DNA of 64,000 bases from positions 10,683-74,682 of the forward strand of contig CALWBW010000002.1 of assembly GCA_944376195.1 (NCBI GenBank). Direction: 5' to 3'. Shown piece after piece: positions 18,024 to 27,421 of this stretch (positions are counted from its first letter, which is position 1; the number at the start of each line of letters is the position of its first letter). Source of the stretch: an uncultured Clostridia bacterium. GTDB lineage: Bacteria; Bacillota; Clostridia; Oscillospirales; QAMX01. The position numbers and the translations under genes were made by a program. The notes below the pieces were generated by a model, which saw only the letters and a program-made list of their open reading frames with translations, made no database searches and was not told where the DNA came from.

Positions 18024-19364
18024 TTATAGCACGGTTCCGTGCGATTTTTTTCCCAATCGCGCCAACAGGCGGGGAACACGCGTTTCTTCCCGTGCCGGAA
18101 CAGGCCTGCCAGCCGCAAAATAGCGCAGCGCGTCCGGCGCATGGGTCAGTTCATGCGGCGTCACGGCGGCATCATTGGGATTTTTAGGGTCGCGGGCCAA
18201 AGACGGCAGCGTACGGATCAAATTTTCGCAGCTGCGAAACACCGTAAGCGCGGCGCGCATCCGTTCCTGCTCGTCCCGATAGGGCCGCAACCACTCATGG
18301 AGGTCATACCATCCCGCCACACGGTCATTTTCCGCGCGCGTCAGCGTCACGCCGTTTTCGGCGAAAATCGCCGCAGCGGACTTTCCTGTATCCTGCCTCC
18401 GGTTCCAGAGATCCGGCGGTGCAAAATACTGGTAAATTTCCTCCCCGTCCTGGATACGGCTTCGAATTCTTCTGGCCGCGTCCGAGATAATGAGCCCGCT
18501 CTCGTAGATTTCCTTATAAACCCACGCGCAGCCATCTGGATCCATCGCAATGAAATAGGCCGCCAGCATATCGAGCCCATAGTCAAGCGTGACATACCGC
18601 CGCCAGTGCGGTGGTATTGGGAAGTCCTCGCAGGTATGGACGCCCTCGCGCCATTCCGGGAAGTACTGCCCTCCCGTCACGCCCCATTCGCCGAGACCAT
18701 ACACCCGGTATCCTTCGGGGTCGTGTTCGCGGCGGCGTTCCATCCTTTCCCGGAATCCCGGGTCAATAAAGCGGTTGTCAAGGTAGGTGGAATGGTTGGT
18801 CAGCACGTCCGGGCTCTTCCGGTCAAAAAACCGCGATTTCAGCCAATGGTTCGCGCTGACCGGATTAAAGGTCAGCTTAATCTGATAGAAAAGCCCGTCC
18901 GGCAAACGGCCCCGCAAACGGTCGTCAATAATCTCAAAGTCACCCGACTCCAGTTCGGTCGCCTCTTCAATCCAGACGTCCGTCAGCTTTCCGGAGGAAA
19001 ACGTAATAGACTTCAGCCGTTCCCGTTGCCGGTCGTCAGAAAGCCCGCGAAAGAGCACCATGTTTCCGGTCAGGCGACACCGCATGGTAAGCGGCGACGT
19101 CGTCGACTCCCACAGGTCGGCAACACCCAACCGGTTTACAGCTGCGGAAAGCTCCGCGAACGTGCTCGAGCGGTTGGATTCCTCCGTTTTCCGCACGCAT
19201 AAAAGGTTGCGCCCCCGCTCCGTCATAAGCCGTAAAACGTACATCTGCGCGGTATCCATGGATTTTCCCGAGCCTGCCGAGCCGCGCATTGCAACATAGC
19301 GGCATGTAGACTCATGCACAGGCCGGAACACCGGATTGGCCTCCAGCGTTATGCGGCGGATCAC
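18024..19364 (-). CDS. Terminase large subunit (PBSX/XtmB-like)
   Basis: It has the Walker A motif MRGSAGSGKS, the Walker B-like motif DVWIEEATE and C-terminal nuclease-type acidic motifs. The GTG start overlaps the TerS-stub stop (GTGA). Confidence 0.8.
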   Translation of the reverse strand: MIRRITLEANPVFRPVHESTCRYVAMRGSAGSGKSMDTAQMYVLRLMTERGRNLLCVRKTEESNRSSTFAELSAAVNRLGVADLWESTTSPLTMRCRLTGNMVLFRGLSDDRQRERLKSITFSSGKLTDVWIEEATELESGDFEIIDDRLRGRLPDGLFYQIKLTFNPVSANHWLKSRFFDRKSPDVLTNHSTYLDNRFIDPGFRERMERRREHDPEGYRVYGLGEWGVTGGQYFPEWREGVHTCEDFPIPPHWRRYVTLDYGLDMLAAYFIAMDPDGCAWVYKEIYESGLIISDAARRIRSRIQDGEEIYQYFAPPDLWNRRQDTGKSAAAIFAENGVTLTRAENDRVAGWYDLHEWLRPYRDEQERMRAALTVFRSCENLIRTLPSLARDPKNPNDAAVTPHELTHAPDALRYFAAGRPVPAREETRVPRLLARLGKKSHGTVL

Positions 19365-19585
19365 GCCGTCCCACCGTCCCCATAATCGATCCGTACTTCA
19401 ATTGCCGTCACTGTGTCGTCCGCCGCCTGCGGTGCGGTTTTTACGAGCAGTTCCGACGCTTTCAAACGGTCCTTCATATCGGCGCCGTCGTCTTCGACAA
19501 TCCCGCTCCAAAAAGCGGTCACAAGCCGGCGCGGATCGCGGGTATGCCGTTTTCTTTCGGACGGCTTTTTTTCATTCACAGGCAT
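19361..19585 (-). CDS. Small-terminase-like stub (74 aa) lacking an N-terminal HTH
   Basis: A GAGGAGAGGAGAG RBS precedes the ATG at 19585. The basic N-terminus is followed by ..DMKDRLKASELLVK.., which resembles the conserved core (..DRLKAxELLGK..) of Terminase_2-type small subunits. It is translationally coupled to TerL. Confidence 0.5.
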   Translation of the reverse strand: MPVNEKKPSERKRHTRDPRRLVTAFWSGIVEDDGADMKDRLKASELLVKTAPQAADDTVTAIEVRIDYGDGGTA

Positions 19586-19661
19586 CTCTCCTCTCCTCAC
19601 AAACCAGCGGCGCGTCCGCCGCTTTCTTCCGCCATTCGCTTGACTGATTTCAGCATACCAA

Positions 19662-19692
19662 TAAAAAAAGAGAAAGTCGTCCCGACTTTCTC
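19662..19692 (-). terminator. Rho-independent terminator (second of a tandem pair) between the GH4 gene and the phage-like operon
   Basis: A 10-bp stem (gagaaagtcg/cgactttctc) is followed on the minus strand by TTTTTTT. Confidence 0.7.
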
Positions 19693-19719
19693 CCGCGATT
19701 TTCCCAGGCCTTTTTACCT

Positions 19720-19759
19720 AAAAAAAGCCGCCGTCCCATGCAATGCATGGAACGGCGGC
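19720..19759 (-). terminator. Rho-independent terminator of the GH4 gene
   Basis: A near-palindromic GC-rich stem (gccgccgt..catgcaatgcatg..acggcggc) is followed on the minus strand by TTTTTTT. Confidence 0.75.
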
Positions 19760-19774
19760 ACGCCATTTTCCCCG

Positions 19775-21088
<1,314 letters not shown>

Positions 21089-21123
21089 GTATGCACCTCG
21101 TTTCCTTCAGGTTATCCTTGTTT

Positions 21124-21705
21124 TTACGTTTCCGTCCTATCTCCTTGCGAAAAAACGGCCTCAATTGCCACTGCCGCCTCATATTCCCCCGCCTGATAAT
21201 CGTCCAAATCCACGCTGCCCAAGATATCCTGATCCGTCCAGGCCTTTACCAGCAGCGTAATCGGCTCCTCCGGTACAATTTCCCGCGCCATCGTCCGTTT
21301 GATGGTGCCTGCCAACGGGAAATCCGCCAACCCTTCGGGCAATGACAGCGAGGCGCGCATCCAGCCGTCTTCGTTCAATACAAAGATTTCACAGGTCTCT
21401 TCTCCCAAGCGCAGGCCAAACCGGCACGTTCCATCCACCGACACATCATTCTCCGTGCTGCCTCCATCGATCCACGCACCGTTTTCATAAATTTTGACAT
21501 AAAAGCGGACAGACTGCACGGTCTCATCTATCTGATAGTCAAAAAACGCGGTTTCATCCCCAATAGCGGCCAGAACATCCCGCGTTTCCTGGGAAAATTC
21601 ACTGGGCGTCACGCACATTTCCTGCGTTTTTTCTCCCATGCTGCACGAGGAGAACAAACTCAGCAAGAACAAAATTGCGATCACGAGACACGCTCTCTTT
21701 AACAC
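21124..21705 (-). CDS. Hypothetical lipoprotein
   Basis: It has a signal peptide with the lipobox LFSSC. The GTG start follows an AAGGTGG RBS. I recognise no family. Confidence 0.55.
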   Translation of the reverse strand: MLKRACLVIAILFLLSLFSSCSMGEKTQEMCVTPSEFSQETRDVLAAIGDETAFFDYQIDETVQSVRFYVKIYENGAWIDGGSTENDVSVDGTCRFGLRLGEETCEIFVLNEDGWMRASLSLPEGLADFPLAGTIKRTMAREIVPEEPITLLVKAWTDQDILGSVDLDDYQAGEYEAAVAIEAVFSQGDRTET

Positions 21706-21817
21706 AAAAGCACCACCTTATCTCAGCACGTTCGATCTTGTTTCATGTTTTCATTATAGCATGCCGTTTTTGGCATTGCAAGATTTTCCACCCGGCGCGC
21801 CGCGCCAAATCCTCCGC

Positions 21818-21846
21818 TTGATTCAGATATCGCACAGTGTTATAAT
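21818..21846 (+). promoter_or_regulatory. Candidate sigma-A promoter of polA (TTGATT-17-TATAAT with an extended TG)
   Basis: The hexamers lie at 21818-21823 and 21841-21846. Confidence 0.55.
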
Positions 21847-21890
21847 TTAGGCAGATATTTTGAAAAAGCCGGGCCCAAGAAGGAGATTTT

Positions 21891-24542
21891 ATGAAAATAT
21901 TAGCGATTGACGGCAACAGCATCATAAGCCGCGCCTTTTACGGCATCCGCCCGCTTACGACGGCGGAAGGCGTTCCTACCAATGCAATTTACGGATTTCT
22001 CTCCACGTATTTTAAAACCTGCGACGAGGAGTCGCCGGATGCGGCGGTGGTCTGCTGGGATCTCAAATCGCCCACCTACCGTCACATGGAATACGCAGCT
22101 TACAAGGCTGGCCGGCGGCCAACGCCGCCTGAACTGTTGTCGCAGATCCCGCTTATGAAAGAACTTCTTGCGGCAATGGGCGTACAGTGCTGTGAACTGG
22201 AGGGCTACGAGGCGGACGACCTTTTGGGTACCATCAGCCGGATCTGCGAGGAATGCCCGGACTGCAACTGCGTCATCCTCACCGGAGACCGCGACAGCTT
22301 CCAGCTTGCCGGTCCCTCGACACGCATCAAGCTTGTCACCACCAAAGCAGGCCGTCCCGTCACAACGGATTATACGCCAGATGTGATCCAGGAGACCTTC
22401 GGCGTCACGCCCGCGCAGATGATCGACGTCAAAGCGCTCATGGGAGACGCCTCCGACAATATTCCCGGCGTTGCGGGGGTCGGAGAAAAAACCGCGCTGT
22501 CGCTTGTGCAGAAATACGGCGGTATTCAGGATATTTACGAAAAGCTGGATACTCTTGACATTCGCGATACGCTGCGTAAAAAATTGGAAGACGGGCGGGA
22601 AAGCGCCGTGATGAGCCGCCGTCTTGCGGAAATAGACCGGGAAGCGCCCCTTTCTTTCACACCGCAGGCCGCCATTGATCTTCCGGCGAACCCGGAAAAA
22701 CTGCGGGAGCTTCTGCGCCGTCTGGAACTGCGTTCTTTTCTCACAAAGCCACAGCTTTTCCGGGATTCTGCAGCATCTGCCCCGCAACCGTCTGCGGCGC
22801 TTCCCGCCGCGCGATTGATCCCGGATACCGACGCGCTGGCGGCGATTTCCGATACCCTGCGCGCATCGCAGGAAACGATCCCTCTGCTCTGTCAGGAAAA
22901 TTTGGACTGGATTGCCTTCTCTGTCGGCGGAAAGGCGGTTGTCGTGCGCCGCGCCGATTTCTCACCGGAGACCTATACGGCATTTCTTTCGACAGTTTTT
23001 TCGGAGAAGGTCTCCAAAACCGGTCACGACATCAAGGGTCTCCTTGTACGGCTGCTGGAACAGAAACTTCCCTTCGGTGGTTTTGCCTTTGACAGCGCGA
23101 TTGCTGCGTACCTTTGCAATCCCGCAACCGGGAAATACGAACTGCCCCGCGTTGCCGCGACCTATTTGGACGCAGAACTCCCTCCCGCGGCTTATGCGTC
23201 GGATCACGCCTTCACGCCTCTTTCCGACAATCAGGCCGAACTTTCCAGTATTGCCTCCCATCTTTCGGCCATCGCACGTCTGCGGGAAACGCTCTCCGCC
23301 AAGCTGGAAAGTCTCGGCATGACGAAGTTGATGTTTGACATGGAGCTGCCCCTTACGGAGGTATTGGCAGATATGCAGGTCATCGGTTTCCGCGTAGACA
23401 AGGCGCGTCTGGACGAGTACGGCAGAGAACTGGCGGAGCGCATCGCCTACCTGGAACACGCCATTTATGAAGCGGCCGGCGAACCATTTAATCTGAATTC
23501 TCCCAAACAGCTCGGGGAAATTTTGTTTGAAAAACTCGGGCTTCCCGCCGGGAAAAAAACCAAATCCGGATATTCCACGGATATCGAAGCGCTTCATCGA
23601 GTGGAACCGCTTCACCCCATAGCGGGGCTGCTCATAGAATACCGCCAGCTCGCCAAACTGAAATCCACGTATACGGATGGCCTTTCCAAGGTCATCTCTC
23701 CCATAGACGGCCGGATTCATTCCAGTTTCCACCAGCTCTCCACTGCTACCGGCCGCATCAGTTCCACCGAACCGAATATGCAGAACATTCCCGTCCGGCA
23801 GGAACGCGGCGCGGAATTACGGCGGATGTTTGTGGCCGAAGACGGCTGGCTGCTTGTCGACGCCGACTATTCACAGATTGAACTGCGCATCCTGGCGCAC
23901 ATTTCCAATGATCCCGGCATGAAAGCGGCGTTTGCCGCCGGTGGGGATATTCACCGCATGACGGCCGCTTCGGTCGAGGGCGTACCACCGGAAGAAGTGA
24001 CGCCGCAAATGCGTTCCCGTGCCAAAGCTGTCAATTTCGGCCTGGTTTACGGGATGTCCGACTTTACCTTGGCCGCCAACCTCGGGATCACCCGGGCCTC
24101 TGCGCGCGCTTATATTCAAAATTACTTTGCCATGTTTCCCGGTGTACGCCGGTATATGGAGGAAATCAAAGCTCGTGCCAAGGAAGAGGGCAGCGTTGCC
24201 ACCCTTTCCGGCCGCCGCCGTCCTCTTCCCGAAATCCGTTCGACAAACTATAACGTCCGTTCCTTTGGAGAACGTGTGGCGCTCAATACCCCCATTCAGG
24301 GCACCGCCGCCGATATTATCAAACTTGCCATGGTGGCGGTTTATCGCCGCCTGCGGCGGGAAAACCTGCGTGCCCGCCTCATCCTGCAGGTACACGACGA
24401 ACTGATCGTCGAGGCGCCGCGTGAAGAAGCGGAATATGTCAAAAACCTCCTTACCGAAGAAATGCAGAATGCCATGCCTCTCGACGTTGCGCTTGTTGCA
24501 GACGCGGCAGTCGGGGAAGACTGGTACAGTGCGAAAGGATAA
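21891..24542 (+). CDS. polA: DNA polymerase I
   Basis: The 883-aa protein has a 5'-nuclease N-terminus (GDASDNIPGVAGVGEKTA) and polymerase motifs A (LLVDADYSQIELRILAH), B (RSRAKAVNFGLVYG) and C (LQVHDELI). Confidence 0.95.
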   Translation: MKILAIDGNSIISRAFYGIRPLTTAEGVPTNAIYGFLSTYFKTCDEESPDAAVVCWDLKSPTYRHMEYAAYKAGRRPTPPELLSQIPLMKELLAAMGVQCCELEGYEADDLLGTISRICEECPDCNCVILTGDRDSFQLAGPSTRIKLVTTKAGRPVTTDYTPDVIQETFGVTPAQMIDVKALMGDASDNIPGVAGVGEKTALSLVQKYGGIQDIYEKLDTLDIRDTLRKKLEDGRESAVMSRRLAEIDREAPLSFTPQAAIDLPANPEKLRELLRRLELRSFLTKPQLFRDSAASAPQPSAALPAARLIPDTDALAAISDTLRASQETIPLLCQENLDWIAFSVGGKAVVVRRADFSPETYTAFLSTVFSEKVSKTGHDIKGLLVRLLEQKLPFGGFAFDSAIAAYLCNPATGKYELPRVAATYLDAELPPAAYASDHAFTPLSDNQAELSSIASHLSAIARLRETLSAKLESLGMTKLMFDMELPLTEVLADMQVIGFRVDKARLDEYGRELAERIAYLEHAIYEAAGEPFNLNSPKQLGEILFEKLGLPAGKKTKSGYSTDIEALHRVEPLHPIAGLLIEYRQLAKLKSTYTDGLSKVISPIDGRIHSSFHQLSTATGRISSTEPNMQNIPVRQERGAELRRMFVAEDGWLLVDADYSQIELRILAHISNDPGMKAAFAAGGDIHRMTAASVEGVPPEEVTPQMRSRAKAVNFGLVYGMSDFTLAANLGITRASARAYIQNYFAMFPGVRRYMEEIKARAKEEGSVATLSGRRRPLPEIRSTNYNVRSFGERVALNTPIQGTAADIIKLAMVAVYRRLRRENLRARLILQVHDELIVEAPREEAEYVKNLLTEEMQNAMPLDVALVADAAVGEDWYSAKG

Positions 24543-24546
24543 TACA

Positions 24547-24972
24547 ATGAAACTGCTCTTTGTCTGTACAGGTAACACCTGTCGCAGTCCGATGGCGGAA
24601 GGGATTTATAATCAAAAGGCCGCGGCGCGCGGCCTTACGCCGGCGGAAAGCGCCGGCATTTTCGCCGTTCCAGGCGATCCCGTCACGCCAAACGCCGTGA
24701 CGGCGGCAGCGGAATACGGCGCCGATATCTCCGGACATCGCGCCCGTGTGGTTACAGCGGATCTTTTGAAAAGCTGCGACCGGATTTACTGCATGACGCC
24801 GTCGCATCTGGCAGCGCTGGCGGCGCTCTTTCCGGATTGCGCGGAAAAATGCCGTCTTTTAAACGACGCGGGTATTCCCGACCCCTATGGAGGGGATCTT
24901 GCCTGTTATCGCCGTACGGCGGCAGCGCTGAACGCCGCTTTGGACGCCATAATCAAGGAGGACCCGTCATGA
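24547..24972 (+). CDS. Low-molecular-weight protein phosphatase (LMW-PTP / YwlE-like)
   Basis: The P-loop is MKLLFVCTGNTCRSPMAEG (CX5R-S), and DPYG is present near the C-terminus. Confidence 0.85.
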   Translation: MKLLFVCTGNTCRSPMAEGIYNQKAAARGLTPAESAGIFAVPGDPVTPNAVTAAAEYGADISGHRARVVTADLLKSCDRIYCMTPSHLAALAALFPDCAEKCRLLNDAGIPDPYGGDLACYRRTAAALNAALDAIIKEDPS

Positions 24973-25436
24973 GGGACCGTCATTTTGAGCTGATTGAACT
25001 CTCCGCGCAATGGCTTCGGGAAGTGGAACGAGTCGAACAGGCCTGCTTTTCCGCTCCATGGAGCCGTGCAGGGTTGGAAAGCGATCTTTTAAACACCACA
25101 TCGCACTGGTATGGCGCCGTGGACCAGAAAACCGGACGGCTGGCCGCCTTTCTCGGCGCGCACATCGTCTGCGACGAAGCAGAAATTGTCAACGTCGCCA
25201 CCTTTCCGGATTACCGCAGAAACGGCCTTGCGAAAGCGCTCATCCGGGAACTGTTCCGGCGGCACCCCGGCCTTACGCAGGTTTTTTTGGAAGTGCGGGA
25301 CTCCAACGCCGCCGCGCGCGCGCTTTATGAAAAGATGGGATTCTCCCGCTATGCGGTTCGCCGGAACTATTACGAAAACCCAGCCGAAGACGCGATTTTG
25401 ATGCGTTATCAGGCGGATCGGAGGGCTTTATGCTGA
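24969..25436 (+). CDS. rimI: Ribosomal-protein-alanine N-acetyltransferase (GNAT)
   Basis: It has a GNAT core (..VATFPDYRRNGLAKALI..LEVRDSNAAARALYEKMGF). Its position immediately upstream of tsaD is typical of rimI. The ATG overlaps the preceding stop. Confidence 0.75.
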   Translation: MRDRHFELIELSAQWLREVERVEQACFSAPWSRAGLESDLLNTTSHWYGAVDQKTGRLAAFLGAHIVCDEAEIVNVATFPDYRRNGLAKALIRELFRRHPGLTQVFLEVRDSNAAARALYEKMGFSRYAVRRNYYENPAEDAILMRYQADRRALC

Positions 25437-26449
25437 TTCTCGGAATTGAAAGTTCCTGTGATGAAACTGCGGCGTCCGTCAGTCGGGACGGACGCGAAAT
25501 TCTCTCAAATGTCGTTCTCTCCCAGGTAGATATGCACGCCATTTACGGCGGAGTTGTCCCGGAAATTGCTTCACGCAGCCACGTTGAAGGAATTCACGGC
25601 GTGGTCAGCCGTGCGCTGGAGGACGCGGGCATCACCGTCGCAGACCTGGACGCCATCGCCGTCACCTATGCGCCGGGGCTGATCGGTGCCCTGCTCGTCG
25701 GCGTCAACTTTGCAAAAGGGCTGGCCTTTTCCGCAGGCAAACCCCTGGTCCCCGTTCACCACATTCGGGGACATATTTCTGCCAATTATATCGCATTCCC
25801 GGAACTTCAGCCGCCATTTACCTGCCTGGTCGTCTCGGGAGGGCACAGTTTGATTGCCGACGTGCGCACATATACAGAGATGACAATCCTCGGTTCTACG
25901 CGGGACGACGCCGCCGGAGAAGCATTTGATAAAGCTGCCCGGGTTCTGGGACTTCCCTATCCCGGCGGCGCGCAAATGGACCGCCTGGCGGCGGACGGCG
26001 ACCCGCGGGCCTATTCCCTGCCCCGGGCCAAGGTAGAGGGAGCGCCGTGGGATTTTTCCTTCTCCGGTTTAAAAACTGCGGTTTTAAACACCGCCAACCG
26101 CGCCGCACAAAAAGGCGAGACGTTGGACCGTGCGGGTCTTGCCGCCTCTTTCTGCCGCGCCGTGGCGGAGGAACTCGCGCCCCGCGCGATTGAGGCCGCA
26201 TGTCAGAGCGGGCATGGAATTTTAGCCGCCGCCGGCGGTGTCGCCGCAAATTCCCTCCTGCGCCGCGCTCTGGAAGAAGGCTGTGCAAAAAATGGGCTCC
26301 AGCTCTTTATTCCCCCCGTTTCGCTCTGCGGTGACAACGGCGCCATGATCGCCTGCCAGGGATATTACGAATATCTCGCCGGTACGCGGGCCGGAACAGA
26401 CCTCAACGCGTATCCAACTTTGGGAATCGACGCGCCTTCCCGCTGTTAA
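25430..26449 (+). CDS. tsaD: tRNA N6-adenosine threonylcarbamoyltransferase
   Basis: MLILGIESSCDETAASV..HVEGH-type motifs (SHVEGI, HIRGH) and GGVAAN are present. Confidence 0.95.
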   Translation: MLILGIESSCDETAASVSRDGREILSNVVLSQVDMHAIYGGVVPEIASRSHVEGIHGVVSRALEDAGITVADLDAIAVTYAPGLIGALLVGVNFAKGLAFSAGKPLVPVHHIRGHISANYIAFPELQPPFTCLVVSGGHSLIADVRTYTEMTILGSTRDDAAGEAFDKAARVLGLPYPGGAQMDRLAADGDPRAYSLPRAKVEGAPWDFSFSGLKTAVLNTANRAAQKGETLDRAGLAASFCRAVAEELAPRAIEAACQSGHGILAAAGGVAANSLLRRALEEGCAKNGLQLFIPPVSLCGDNGAMIACQGYYEYLAGTRAGTDLNAYPTLGIDAPSRC

Positions 26450-26467
26450 CGGCTCCGTTTTTTTCGG

Positions 26468-26490
26468 CGGCGGACATTCCCGCCGTTTCT
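26468..26490 (+). terminator. Weak terminator-like hairpin after tsaD
   Basis: A 6-bp GC stem (cggcgg/ccgccg) with a 6-nt loop is followed by tttct. Confidence 0.45.
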
Positions 26491-26563
26491 ATACCAACTG
26501 TATTTTCTTTTGCAAGTCCGAAGAATGATCGGAGATTATGTAATCCTTTTTCCGAGACCAGCC

Positions 26564-26667
26564 TGTGGAAACCTTCGTCCGCCGAAAGTTTTCCTGTCCA
26601 AAATCCATGATTTTTCCCCAGTTTCTTTTCACAGCCTTGTGGAAAACCCTGTGGAAAGTGTGGATAA
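26564..26667 (+). promoter_or_regulatory. Cluster of four same-orientation DnaA-box-like 9-mers (TGTGGAnAn)
   Basis: The four boxes are TGTGGAAAC (26564-26572), TGTGGAAAA (26638-26646), TGTGGAAAG (26650-26658) and TGTGGATAA (26659-26667). The last is a perfect complement of TTATCCACA. Confidence 0.55.
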
Positions 26668-26783
26668 CTTTTCGTCAAACGATGGCGCGCCGTGCAATTA
26701 CGTCAACCTTATTCTTAAAACACGCGAATTTTTCTTTTTGCGCACCCGCTGATTCTGAAAAAACACAGACAAATATAAAGACA

Positions 26784-26830
26784 ACCCGCTCTTTCGGAAG
26801 GAAATCTATCCGAAAGAGCGGGTTTGTTTC
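26784..26830. terminator. Bidirectional terminator downstream of the PPIase gene
   Basis: A 15-bp stem (acccgctctttcgga/tccgaaagagcgggt) is followed by tttgtttc on the plus strand. Confidence 0.75.
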
Positions 26831-27421
26831 TTAGTCCAAAATTTTAATTGTCGTAATAACCGGTTGATCTTCCACTGGAGCCACACCGTCTGAAATTCCC
26901 TTGGCCTCTGCGTCTGCCAAAATCGCATCCACGACGTCCATACCCTCCGTCACGGTTCCAAACGCAGCATACAACCCGTTTAAATTCGCAACGTCCTCCG
27001 CACAGATAAAGAACTGGCTGGAGGCACTGTCGTACGCACCTTCAAACCCATCACCACGCGCCATAGAGATAACCCCGCGCCGGTGAGAAATCAGGTTGCG
27101 GTGCCCATTCGCCGAAAACTCTCCTTCAATGTATTCGCCGGAACCACCGGTTCCATCGCCGTTGGGATCACCGCCCTGAATCAAGAATCCAGGCACTAAT
27201 CTATGAAACGTGAGTCCATCATAGAACCCCTCTTCCGCAAGCTTCATAAAATTTCGTACGGTCTTCGGCGCTGTTTTCCCATCCAGCTCCACGAAAATGG
27301 AGCCATATCCCTCCACTACAATTTCCGCATGATGTATGCCCGCGCTGCACCCGGCAAACAAAATCAGACTGAGTGCCAGGCACAAGCACATCGCTATCCC
27401 TTTTTTCCAATGTCTTTTCAT
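26831..27421 (-). CDS. Cyclophilin-type peptidyl-prolyl cis-trans isomerase, lipoprotein
   Basis: The lipobox is LFAGC. Cyclophilin motifs are present (FHRLVPGFLIQGGDP, GVISMAR, SQFFI). Confidence 0.85.
   Translation of the reverse strand: MKRHWKKGIAMCLCLALSLILFAGCSAGIHHAEIVVEGYGSIFVELDGKTAPKTVRNFMKLAEEGFYDGLTFHRLVPGFLIQGGDPNGDGTGGSGEYIEGEFSANGHRNLISHRRGVISMARGDGFEGAYDSASSQFFICAEDVANLNGLYAAFGTVTEGMDVVDAILADAEAKGISDGVAPVEDQPVITTIKILD

Larger units (their letters stand above)
10590..19660 (-). mobile_element. Phage-derived structural/packaging operon lacking integration, replication, regulation and lysis modules (cryptic prophage remnant or GTA-like locus)
   Basis: Nine co-oriented, tightly coupled ORFs run from a TerS stub through TerL, portal, scaffold-like protein and capsid to three tail or fibre proteins and a 48-aa ORF. 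The block is bounded by host terminators at 10548-10588 and 19662-19759. Confidence 0.8.

Noticed and set aside
16937-19202. Long plus-strand ORFs (16937-18187, 416 aa; 18039-19202, 387 aa) lie opposite the portal and terminase genes.
   Set aside because: They are Arg/Pro/His-rich, low-complexity translations typical of the antisense strand of GC-rich genes. They have no RBS, and the minus-strand frames carry clear terminase and portal features.
10540-19770. I searched for att-type direct repeats or a tRNA at the borders of the phage-like cluster.
   Set aside because: Only trivial matches were seen between the two borders, such as CTTTTTA within terminator T-runs. There is no tRNA and no integrase fragment, so I could not define an insertion scar.
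26450-26830. The DnaA-box cluster could be the chromosomal replication origin.
   Set aside because: No dnaA, dnaN or rpmH neighbourhood is present, there is no clear AT-rich unwinding element, and the local gene orientation shows no clean strand switch. I keep it as a non-origin DnaA-box or direct-repeat cluster (see findings).
26510-26834. The track lists ORFs of 80-91 aa in the tsaD-PPIase gap (26510-26752 +, 26565-26834 +, 26403-26678 -).
   Set aside because: They have non-ATG or unsupported starts, no RBS and odd composition. They also overlap one another and the terminator hairpins.
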